Shown here: piece by piece, positions 23,137-33,080 of the stretch
Numbering within the stretch: the first letter of the stretch is position 1
Layout of the letters: every line of letters starts with the position of its first letter
DNA from: Nemertoderma westbladi
Taxonomy: Eukaryota; Animalia; Xenacoelomorpha
Assembly (NCBI GenBank): GCA_032718475.1
Contig: JAUCBJ010008765.1
Location: forward strand, 1 to 35,150
Length of the DNA stretch: 35,150 bases
Direction: 5' to 3'
Notes under the pieces: model-generated
What the model was told of the DNA's origin: nothing
What the model saw: the letters and a program-made list of their open reading frames with translations, nothing else
Databases searched by the model: none
Program-made: the position numbers and the translations under genes

Positions 23137-23511
23137 CATTTGTTTGTTTGAGTTCCTTTCATAATAGTATTAGGACTATTTATCCATAACAATTATATTG
23201 GTATTAGGAGTATTTATCCTTAATTATTATTAGTATTATAAATGTATTTGCCAACAATATTTATTGCTATTAGGTCTATTTATTCAAGAAATTATATGTT
23301 TTTTATAATATATTTTGGAAAATTAGCCGACTAAGTCATAATTTTTAAAACTTTAAATAAGGGTGGAGTTATTTTATAAAGTTAAGAAGAGTGAATCAAT
23401 GGAGGCAACATGAAGTCTAATCTCTTGCCCTTTACTCATAAGACCGCACATTAACTCCCAAGGTTGCATACTATCACTATAGCTGGGAGAGTCAAAGCTA
23501 GTGTACAGGAA

Positions 23512-26500
23512 TGAGGAAGTGAGGGAGTGAGGGAAGTGAGGGAGTGAGTGAGGGAGTGAGGGAAGTGAGGGAAGTGAGGGAAGTTAGGGAAGTGAGGGAG
23601 TGAGGGAAGTGAGGGAAGTGAGGGAAGTGAGGGAAGTGAGGTAAGTGAGGGAAGTGAGGGAAGTGAGGCAGTGAGGGAAGTGAGGGAGTGAGGCAGTGAG
23701 GGAAGTGAGGGAAGTGAGGGAAGTGAGGCAGTGAGGCAGTGAGGGAAGTGAGGGAAGTGAGGCAGTGAGGGAAGTGAGGGAAGTGAGGGAAGTGAGGGAA
23801 GTGAGGGAGTGAGGGAAGTGAGGGAAGTGAGGGAAGTGAGGGAAGTGAGGGAGTGAGGCAGTGAGGGAAGTGAGGGAAGTGAGGGAAGTGAGGGAAGTGA
23901 GGGAAGTGAGGGAAGTGAGGGAAGTGAGGGAAGTGAGGGAAGAAGTGAGGGAAGTGAGGCAGTGAGGGAAGTGAGGGAAGTGAGGGAAGTGGGGGAAGTG
24001 AGGGAAGTGAGGGAGTGAGGGAAGTGAGGGAAGTGAGGGAAGTGAGGAAAGTGAGGGAGTGAGGCAGTGAGGGAAGTGAGGGAAGTGAGGGAATAAGTGA
24101 GGGAAGTGAGGCAGTGAGGGAAGTGAGGGAAGTGAGGGAGTGAGGCAGTGAGGGAAGTGAGGGAAGTGAGGGAAGTGAGGGAGTGAGGGAAGTGAGGGAA
24201 GTGAGGGAAGTGAGGGAAGTGAGGGAAGTGAAGGAAGTGATGGGAGTGAGGGAAGTGAGGGAGTGAGGGAAGTGAGGGAAGTGAGGGAGTGAGGGAAGTG
24301 AGGGAAGTGAGGGAAGTGTGGGAAGTGAGGGAAGTGAGGGAAGTGAGGGAAGTGAGGGAGTGAGGGAAGTAAGGGAAGTGAGGGAAGTGAGGGAAGTGAG
24401 GGAGTGAGGGAAGTGAGGGAAGTGAGGGAAGTGAGGGAAGTGAGGGAGTGAGGCAGTGAGGGAAGTGAGGGAAGTGAGGGAAGTGAGGGAAGTGAGGGAA
24501 GTGTGGGAAGTGAGGGAAGAAGTGAGGCAGTGAGGGAAGTGAGGTAAGTGAGGGAAGTGAGGGGAGTGAGGGAAGTGAGGGAAGTGAGGGAAGTGAGGGA
24601 AGTGAGGGAAGTGAGGGAAGTGAGGGAGTGAGGGAAGTGAGGGAGTGAGGGAAGTGAGGGAGTGAGGGAAGTGAGGGAAGTGAGGGAAGTGAGGCAGTGA
24701 GGGAAGTGAGGGAGTGAGGCAGTGAGGGAAGTGAGGGAAGTGAGGGAAGTGAGGCAGTGAGGCAGTGAGGGAAGTGAGGGAAGTGAGGCAGTGAGGGAAG
24801 TGAGGGAAGTGAGGGAAGTGAGGGAAGTGAGGGAAGTGAGGGAGTGAGGGAAGTGAGGGAAGTGAGGGAAGTGAGGGAAGTGAGGGAGTGAGGCAGTGAG
24901 GGAAGTGAGGGAAGTGAGGGAAGTGAGGGAAGTGAGGGAAGTGAGGGAAGTGAGGGAAGTGAGGGAAGTGAGGGAAGAAGTGAGGGAAGTGAGGCAGTGA
25001 GGGAAGTGAGGGAAGTGAGGGAAGTGAGGGAAGTGAGGGAAGTGAGGGAAGTGAGGGAAGTGAGGGAGTGAGGGAAGTGAGGGAAGTGAGGGAAGTGAGG
25101 GAAGTGAGGGAGTGAGGCAGTGAGGGAAGTGAGGGAAGTGAGGGGAAGTGAGGGAAGTGAGGCAGTGAGGGAAGTGAGGGAAGTGAGGGAGTGAGGCAGT
25201 GAGGGAAGTGAGGGAAGTGAGGGAAGTGAGGGAGTGAGGGAAGTGAGGGAAGTGAGGGAAGTGAGGGAAGAAGTGAGGGAAGTGAGGCAGTGAGGGAAGT
25301 GAGGGAAGTGAGGGAAGTGAGGGAAGTGAGGGAAGTGAGGGAAGTGAGGGAGTGAGGGAAGTGAGGGAAGTGAGGGAAGTGAGGGAAGTGAGGGAGTGAG
25401 GCAGTGAGGGAAGTGAGGGAAGTGAGGGAAGAAGTGAGGGAAGTGAGGCAGTGAGGGAAGTGAGGGAAGTGAGGGAGTGAGGCAGTGAGGGAAGTGAGGG
25501 AAGTGAGGGAAGTGAGGGAGTGAGGGAAGTGAGGGAAGTGAGGGAAGTGAGGGAAGTGAGGGAAGTGGGGGAAGTGGGGGAAGTGAGGGAGTGAGGGAAG
25601 TGAGGGAAGTGAGGGAAGTGAGGAAAGTGAGGGAGTGAGGCAGTGAGGGAAGTGAGGGAAGTGAGGGAAGAAGTGAGGGAAGTGAGGCAGTGAGGCAGTA
25701 AGGGAAGTGAGGGAAGTGAAGGAAGTGATGGGAGTGAGGGAAGTGAGGGAGTGAGGGAAGTGAGGGAAGTGAGGGAGTGAGGGAAGTGAGGGAAGTGAGG
25801 GAAGTGTGGGAAGTGAGGGAAGTGAGGGAAGTGAGGGAAGTGAGGGAAGTGAGGGAGTGAGGGAAGTAAGGGAAGTGAGGGAAGTGAGGGAAGTGAGGGA
25901 GTGAGGGAAGTGAGGGAAGTGAGGGAAGTGAGGGAAGTGAGGGAGTGAGGCAGTGAGGGAAGTGAGGGAAGTGAGGGAAGTGAGGGAAGTGTGGGAAGTG
26001 AGGGAAGAAGTGAGGCAGTGAGGGAAGTGAGGGAAGTGAGGGAAGTGAGGGGAGTGAGGGAAGTGAGGGAAGTGAGGGAAGTGAGGGAAGTGAGGGAAGT
26101 GAGGGAAGTGAGGGAGTGAGGGAAGTGAGGGAGTGAGGGAAGTGAGGGAGTGAGGGAAGTGAGGGAAGTGAAGGAAGTGAGGGAAGTGAGGGAGTGAGGG
26201 AAGTGAGGGAAGTGTGGGAAGTGAGGGAAGTGAGGGAAGTGAGGGAAGTGAGGGAAGTGAGGGAAGTGAGGGAAGTGAGGGAGTGAGGGAAGTGAGGGAG
26301 TGAGGGAAGTGAGGGAGTGAGGGAAGTGAGGGAAGTGAAGGAAGTGAGGGAAGTGAGGGAGTGAGGGAAGTGAGGGAAGTGAGGGAAGTGAGGGAAGTGA
26401 GGGAAGTGATGGAGTGAGGGAAGTGAGGGAAGTGAGGGAAGTGAGGGGAGTGAGGGAAGTGAGGGAGTGAGGGAAGTGAGGGAAGTGAGGGAAGTGAGGG

Positions 26501-26605
26501 AAGTGAGGGTAGTGAGGGAAGTGAAGGAAGTGAGGCATAGTGAGGGAAGTGAGGGAAGTGAGGGAGTGAGGGAGTGAGGCAGTGAGGCAGTGAGGCATAG
26601 TGAGG
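23512..26605. repeat. ~3.1 kb purine-rich 9-bp satellite (GAGGGAAGT)n with 8-bp variants GAGGGAGT and GAGGCAGT
   Basis: Direct reading; rare variants recur ~1.5 kb apart (24231/25719 and 24370/25867). Confidence 0.97.
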
Positions 26606-27011
26606 TGTGCCAAGTTGTTATATTTGAACCAGGACTATATACGAGTGTAGAAGCCATTATTAATAAAACAATCAACAAATTGATCACCCGAAGTGGCCCC
26701 AAATTCAATATTTCAAATACTCAAATAAAATCGAACTCGCTACTTCGCAACACTTTTCTTTTGAAATTACTGGAGATTTGATTACAATACTCGGTTTTGA
26801 GGAGTTTACGCAGGATTATGATCCGAGGGATGTACCTTATCTAGCTAATTGGTATGATTATTGGAGTGTAAATGTTAGTGGATTTGGCTCTTTAACATTC
26901 AAACAGCAACCGGAACAGCGTGCTCATTTTAGAGGGATACAGTATATTGAGAGACAGTATAATCTCAGACAGTATAGTATAAAGCTATACAAACAGTATA
27001 TAATCACCTGA
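26603..27011 (+). pseudogene. Frameshifted fragment resembling a Polinton/Maverick minor capsid (penton) protein
   Basis: VVIFEPGLYTSVEAIINKTINK...GPK joins, with a 1-nt frameshift near 26704, to QYFKYSNKIEL...FEITGDLITILGF. This matches the remembered PGxYx(6)IN...LxxILGF pattern of Polinton minor capsids. Motif-level recognition only. Confidence 0.5.
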
Positions 27012-27430
27012 ATAATACAAAAACATATACAGTATAATGATATAGTATAATCAATCGAGTTAATTTTACTTATAATTCAATAAACTAAGCAATCTGTATC
27101 ATCAATAGAAAACGCATAAACATATCGTCAATCGGAAATTTCTAATATGTCACAGTTATAGGCAGTATAAATCTTTATTCGTTCTGAAATTATTTCTTCA
27201 TAGTCATCAACGCTGGCGCCAAGGCAGATGGTGGTGGTTTCCTTTACCTGATTGTCTAGTGCTTCCTAACCTGTATAATTCAACAAAGTTTAAAGTTTTT
27301 ACTGTGTGTGTCTTTTTCATAGCCTATGTTAAATCAAATTACATTCATGTAACTATTATAACATTTATATTATAAAATGGATATGGTGAGGGATTGAACT
27401 TATTGTTACTTGTTTAATTTACCTTGTCAA

Positions 27431-27778
27431 TTAATCCCACGCTTCTTCTCTCCATTCTTTTTCTATGCCCCATGCTTCTTCTCTCCATTCTTTTTCTATG
27501 CCCCATGCTTCTTTCGGCCATTCAACGCTAGGGTTTTCGGTTTTGATTTGTTCTTCTTCTTTTATTTTTTCGTGAATGGACTTCCCATTTCGATACTGAC
27601 AGTATCTTAAATGGTATTGTTTTTCTTCCTCGGGAAAGTAATGGCATTGGATGTTTGGGCATTGAACTATTTTTTCACCTGGATAATTTCTTCTACATTT
27701 TCTTAAATGTTTGATAAATCATTCTACATGGATTCTGTGGGTTGTTTCATATGGGCATATTATATACTCATTATCCAT
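27431..27778 (-). pseudogene. GTSF1: GTSF1/Asterix-like protein (two CHHC U11-48K-type zinc fingers plus Trp-rich acidic tail), intronless, with one in-frame stop
   Basis: Manual translation: MDNEYIICPYETTHRIHVE*FIKHLRKCRRNYPGEKIVQCPNIQCHYFPEEEKQYHLRYCQYRNGKSIHEKIKEEEQIKTENPSVEWPKEAWGIEKEWREEAWGIEKEWREEAWD. Both fingers are C-x5-H-x9-H-x3-C. The TGA at 27721-27719 sits at the Arg of the conserved RF motif. Confidence 0.85.
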
Positions 27779-28342
27779 TATAAAAAGTATATGATAAACT
27801 ATATTGTATTTTATATTGTATATTATAAAATTGTTAATTTAATTACTAATAATAATTATTACCTTAGTGAATATTGAATGAATATAGTGAATATTGAATG
27901 AATATAGAGAAGTGGTTTATTATATTATATTAAAGTAATACTCAATCTAAGGCTTATTTATCGACAAATAAATTTATTATAATATATTAACATTTGATGT
28001 ATTTTATTTTTTAGATTTACCAAAATCACGCACTATAATAGAATAATAACTAACTAACTTATCCATCACAATCACAACAGAATAATAACAATAAAAGTTC
28101 GAAAGTACACCCTGCATCCTATGTGTAGCCTTGTATGGGCATATACAGTAATATAATCACTGTTATCCATAGTATCAAAAAGACAAACTTAACTTGAAAG
28201 AAAAATTAACTTGATAGAAAACTTAGTTTAAGTGAGGATTTAATTTAAAAGAAAACTTCACTTTAACGTTTTTTAGAGATAATGATTTAACTTTACATGA
28301 TTTTTATTTATATAGAAAGGTCCAGGCCGTAGTTTTCGGCAA

Positions 28343-29048
28343 GGCAAGCATGAGGGGTTATGCATTACTTCAAACAAAAAAAAAAACTACAGTTTCTACT
28401 GTAGTATAGAGATGGTAGGGGATTAAATTGACACATGGTATTTGGGTATTGGCTTTGTCAATGAGCTAATACGCGCGTAGGCTGCTTCGCAACACAATGC
28501 GAAAGAATGCAATCTATTGCAAACCAGATGTTTATTCTAATTTTCTTATGTGAAAGAATGCAACATTGCTATATAATGCCTAGTTATGAAAAATGCATGG
28601 TCTGACATGATAACGAATGATAATTTAAATAATTTAAAATGTGTGGCAGCCCAACGTTGACATGCAGTATAACTCAACATAGGATTCAATGGTGGGGTTA
28701 GTCATGCTACGTCTAATAAGAGCCCAAACGACCGCAGATTATTGAGGGATTGAACCAGGGCCAAACTGGTCCATTTTATTTTCTTGAAAGGGTAATTTAT
28801 GTTTTGGGTCCCGCACGCGTCTTTTTATTTCATTCTATTATTCCATTGTACGGCAAAAATAATACAAATGTACTGTATATTGTATTGCACAGTGCCTACA
28901 GTATTGTATATTTCATTTGCTGTAGTACAATTTATTCATCTCGCGTCCCTATATGATTGATTTGTGTCAAATTAAATTGCCTTTGGCAACATTATTTGAT
29001 TCAAATCGATTGATTAAACAATTAATTAATTGTTTAATCGACCAATTA
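28343..29048 (-). repeat. Right TIR of Maverick 1, lacking about 90 terminal bp
   Basis: Reverse complement of ~21074-21674 with small insertions. The ORF track shows the mirrored ORFs MNQGQTGPFYFL at 21374(-) and 28750(+). Confidence 0.85.
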
Positions 29049-30572
29049 GCCTACACTGCAATAACTTTCTCTATAACCGAATCCAGATTTAATCCATGCC
29101 ATTCAACCAATAGGAACAGACTGAAGTAATTTTCCTGTGTCCATGCTGATTACTCATGTATAGATCCCAGCTCTGATGCCTACTTGCAAGTTGGAACGCC
29201 AGACCAGTGCTGACGTAGACTTGTCAAGCCTACTGTATACGATAGGTGTGAGTAGTAAGAGTATACCCTTTTCGGCAACAGTTGGACCTACTTCGCACCT
29301 TAGGTGTTAAGTAGGTCATTAATTAATTAAACAATTAATTAATTGGTTGATTAAACAATTAATTAATTGTTTAATCGATTGATTTGTATCAAATAATGTT
29401 GCCAAAGGCAATTTAATTTGACACAAATCAATCAGATAGGGACGCGCGATGAATAGATTGTACTACAGTAGATAAAATATATAATACAATAGGAACAATA
29501 ATACAATATACAATACTTTTGTATTATTTTTGTCACACAATAGAATGATAGAATGAAATAAAAAGATGCGAGCGGGACCCAAAACATAAATTACCCTTTC
29601 AGGAAAATAAAGTGGGCTAGTTTGGTCCTGGTTCAGTCCCTCAATAATCTGAGGCTGTTTGGGCTCTTATTAGACGTAGCATGGCTAATCCCATTGAATC
29701 CTATGTTGAGTTATACTGTATACCAACATGGGGCGGGGCTGCCACGAATTTTAAATTATTTAAACCTCCAGCTTCATTATCATGTAGACCATTGTCAAAT
29801 CGCCTGAGAAATTACAATAAACATCTGGTTTGCAATAGATTGACTTCTTTCACATTGTACAGTACTTTATGATGCAGCCCGCGCACATGTTAAATTAATC
29901 CCCAACCATTTCTATACTAGATACTGTAGTTTTTTGTTTGAAGTAATGCACAATCCCCTCCACTTATACAATGCCTAAAATATTTGTTCAGATGCTGTAG
30001 TTTAACATTAATTAACATACCCAATCTAACGCAGCAGTCCATTACATACACTTTTCTCCGGCACACTCCCTGCTTCTCAAATCACCCCATTTCCCATCGT
30101 AACTAATGTTTTACATTTAATTAACCCAATGAAATGTGTTTATTATTCCCACAATCCAATAGCATGTCTCTCTCTCTTTTTTTATTTCTATTGGTTCCCC
30201 CAAGCTTCACTTTTATTTTCATTGGTTACCCTTTCCCTTATAAACCCCCATCCATCGCTTTAAACTTTACTTACAAAAATATTATCGACCATCTTACTTT
30301 TTATTTAAAGTTATAATACATTTATTGTTATACATAATATATTGTTATGAAACATTTTTTATAACATCAATGTGATTTGATTTTCCTTCTTATTATTCCT
30401 AATCGAGCAATTTTCTTTTCCAACACCACGAATCAATCTGCAGGTAAGAACAATAAATTTGTATTTTTATGAATTCGTTTAGTATTAACATTATTGCCTC
30501 AAAATAAAAACAACCCCGCGAAACCTTCCCAAACTTATTATTATTATTTAGTTTTTTTATTTTATAGCAAAC

Positions 30573-30628
30573 ATGCCTAGATCATCAAAATTCGTTGACT
30601 GTCCTGTCTGCAATAAGAACATGCGAGT
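30573..30628 (+). pseudogene. Truncated paralog of the 22168 C2H2 gene
   Basis: MPRSSKFVDCPVCNKNMR versus MPSYERCLVCNKEMR; similarity stops before the His residues. Preceded by a GT-AG intron-like segment at 30444-30567. Confidence 0.6.
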
Positions 30629-31556
30629 AGTAGGAGAAGCATAGTTCTGAACGAACTCCTCCCTAGCTTGGGCTACGGCTCGCATCTCGGAGGCAATTTA
30701 AAAATGCCAAATTCCGGTGCTAAATCGTGGTGTTTAATGACCATCTGTCACCATCAATATTGATTCGCGTCGTTGCCTTCAACCAATCGTTGCTTATCAC
30801 CTACGCGTAGCCTAACCTCGCGATGCCTACCTTACTCGACAACTGTTACCACCCGCGAGTATTGATTCGCGTCGTTGCATCAACCAACCATCGCATATTC
30901 ATCTTCGCGTAACCTAACTTATCATCGCATGGCTAGCCCCCACTACGCTATTATATTATATCGAATCGATTGCCAACTCACCACCACCACCACCACCGTC
31001 GCTAGCCACGCACGGCTACTCCTCGACGGCTGTCGCCAAACCAATCAATCCAACCAACCAAGCGGTCTGCCTACCCCAACGCTATTATGATACGTGTTGA
31101 AATTCCGCCACGTTCTAGCTACACGTATACGAATATTTCCATAGTTATTTCCTATCCACGCAACCAACCACTGTATACTGTATATGCTGACAACGTGGCC
31201 ACTACACGCATCACGCATATATTATGTTATATTGATTGCCAACTCCACGACTGCTGTCGCCAAATCAACAAACCAACTAGTATGATACATGAGATTCCGT
31301 CACGTTCTAGCTACGCGTATACGAGCATTAGTGATTATTACGCAATAATTTTTTTGTTTATACAGTAGTTACCCACCAGCTAATCAACCAATCAATAAAC
31401 CGAATTTAGGCTATTTCTCAGTTTAAGACCTGTATTATTTTTGAAAATATCTTATATATATAATCTCTTGCTTTAATCGCAATTAATCATTTGTAATGGT
31501 TTTAGTTTAAAAGTTTTTACTTTGTTTGTTTGATTTACAATAAAATAAATTAAATA

Positions 31557-31995
31557 ATGTCTTCTGATTCCAATATGGTTATGCCAATGGTAAGGCATTC
31601 ATTTTTTGCAGAAGATGGTCAAGCCTATATTGTTATTGATTATACAATTTACCGTCAGGGAGATGATAAATATAAAATTGAGAAAAGCCAGGAAAGTTTT
31701 AAGCTCAATTGATATTGATGCTTCTGATAATAGTATTCATCTTTTAGATTACAACCTGAAAGCTGAGCATGGGGGAGGAAAATTAAGCAACATTTTACTA
31801 TTATCCATGATAGAGGGATTTATTGTTATTACACAATACAACGAAGCTGGTGAAAAGTTTGAAATACAGCTAAATCGGCATAGCCCCTACGAAATTATGT
31901 CTTTCTTTATTGTAATGATTTCAAAAGAATCCTTTGTCGAACCTGAAGAATCAGCGGATAATGTTGAATATGTTGATAATATCATTGATTCTTGA
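31557..31995 (+). pseudogene. Maverick ORF of unknown function, probably with one frameshift
   Basis: The ATG-initiated frame MSSDSNMV...GQAYIVIDYTIY (31557) overlaps the TTG-called ORF 31606-31995; both are flanked by AT-rich spacers. Confidence 0.45.
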
Positions 31996-32160
31996 CTTTT
32001 CCCTCTATATTATAAATATTTTATGATTATATATAAAATTTTGTTGTTTTTAAATAATCGAAAATTGTAGTAGTATTTGTATATACAGTATAACAGTTTT
32101 GTTTGTTGTTGTTGTTGTGTATTGTGGTAATTATTTTCAATTTACTTTAAAATTTGGAAA

Positions 32161-32613
32161 ATGGATATTTTAAATGAAAAATGTCCAGTTTGCTATTCTA
32201 AGTTATTGCAACAACATCGAGATTATTATAAATGTGAAAATAAACATGCAACTTGCGTACAATGTATTGCACAATATTCCGAAATGAATAATTATTGTTC
32301 TAAAATTTGTCCTATTTGTCGCGCACCCATATCTAAGTTTAATATAAAGTTGGCAAGATACCAACCCTATTATTGGAAAGAGCTTCGCAATATAACTTAT
32401 ATTTCTGCGAAAAGTAATGATCCGGGAGATTTATTTACAATATTGGAGAATATTTTTTATAGAAACGTAGTACGACGCTGTTGCTACTATATTCCTTATT
32501 TTTTTAGCAGCGAACATAAAAAAATCATTAGCGCGAAATTTTCGGGAAGTGATTTCCAATCCGCCGATGTTACCTATCATTATTTCGCGTATAAAGATGC
32601 TCACCATGCTTGA
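32161..32613 (+). CDS. RING-finger (C3HC4) protein, putative E3 ubiquitin ligase
   Basis: Intact 150 aa: CPVC...CENKHATCVQC...CPICR. Confidence 0.85.
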   Translation: MDILNEKCPVCYSKLLQQHRDYYKCENKHATCVQCIAQYSEMNNYCSKICPICRAPISKFNIKLARYQPYYWKELRNITYISAKSNDPGDLFTILENIFYRNVVRRCCYYIPYFFSSEHKKIISAKFSGSDFQSADVTYHYFAYKDAHHA

Positions 32614-32829
32614 AATTACATCGGTCTATACTATAATTGGAAATAGCACCTTTTGCTGCAGCGAGCGTCACATACTGTAGCGGCGTCGTATGTTAATTAA
32701 ATATACAGTACTCTAATATTGTAGTTGCATCAATTATTGTTATATACATAGTAATGGTGTTGGTTTATTGATATTGATATTGATATTATATTATATTGTA
32801 TTGTTGATATATCTTAATAATAATAATAA

Positions 32830-33080
32830 ATGGCTGACTTTAATTCAGGTCCATATAATTTAAATTTTCAAATGGGAACGAGTATGATAATTTCAGGGCC
32901 ATCTGGCTCCGGAAAGTCTACATTTGTTGGCAATTTAATTAAACACAAGAATGGTTGTTTCAACGAAGCCCCCTTGCGAGTATTGTATTGTTACGGGAGC
33001 AATCCCCCGACTATTCCAGGTATTACTCACCTTTACAAAGGCTTGCCTGAAAATATAGATAGTTTAGTGAATGGCTTGGT
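32830..33080 (+). pseudogene. N-terminal part of a Polinton/Maverick A32/FtsK-like packaging ATPase, disrupted by LINE insertion
   Basis: Walker A IISGPSGSGKST, then F...P.RVLYCYG...YKGLP as in Maverick ATPases. It breaks at GLV, where Walker B (hhhhDD) is expected. Confidence 0.85.

Larger units (their letters stand above)
20985..29048. mobile_element. Polinton/Maverick element 1, internally deleted and non-autonomous; outer end of right TIR missing
   Basis: AGTAGT terminus at 20985, shared with the element at 29251. Long inverted repeats at 20985-21674 and 28343-29048. Small AT-rich virus-like genes and a minor-capsid-like remnant inside; no pPolB, integrase or MCP seen. Confidence 0.75.
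29251..33080 (+). mobile_element. Polinton/Maverick element 2 (left part), interrupted by a LINE
   Basis: AGTAGT terminus plus ~855 bp similar to 20985-21801, followed by small genes and a Maverick-type packaging ATPase. Confidence 0.8.

Noticed and set aside
23451-26708. 1085-aa and 1009-aa minus-strand ORFs (LPS/PHF/LTS repeats)
   Set aside because: Artefact of the stop-free pyrimidine strand of the 9-bp satellite; frames swap at every 8-bp variant.
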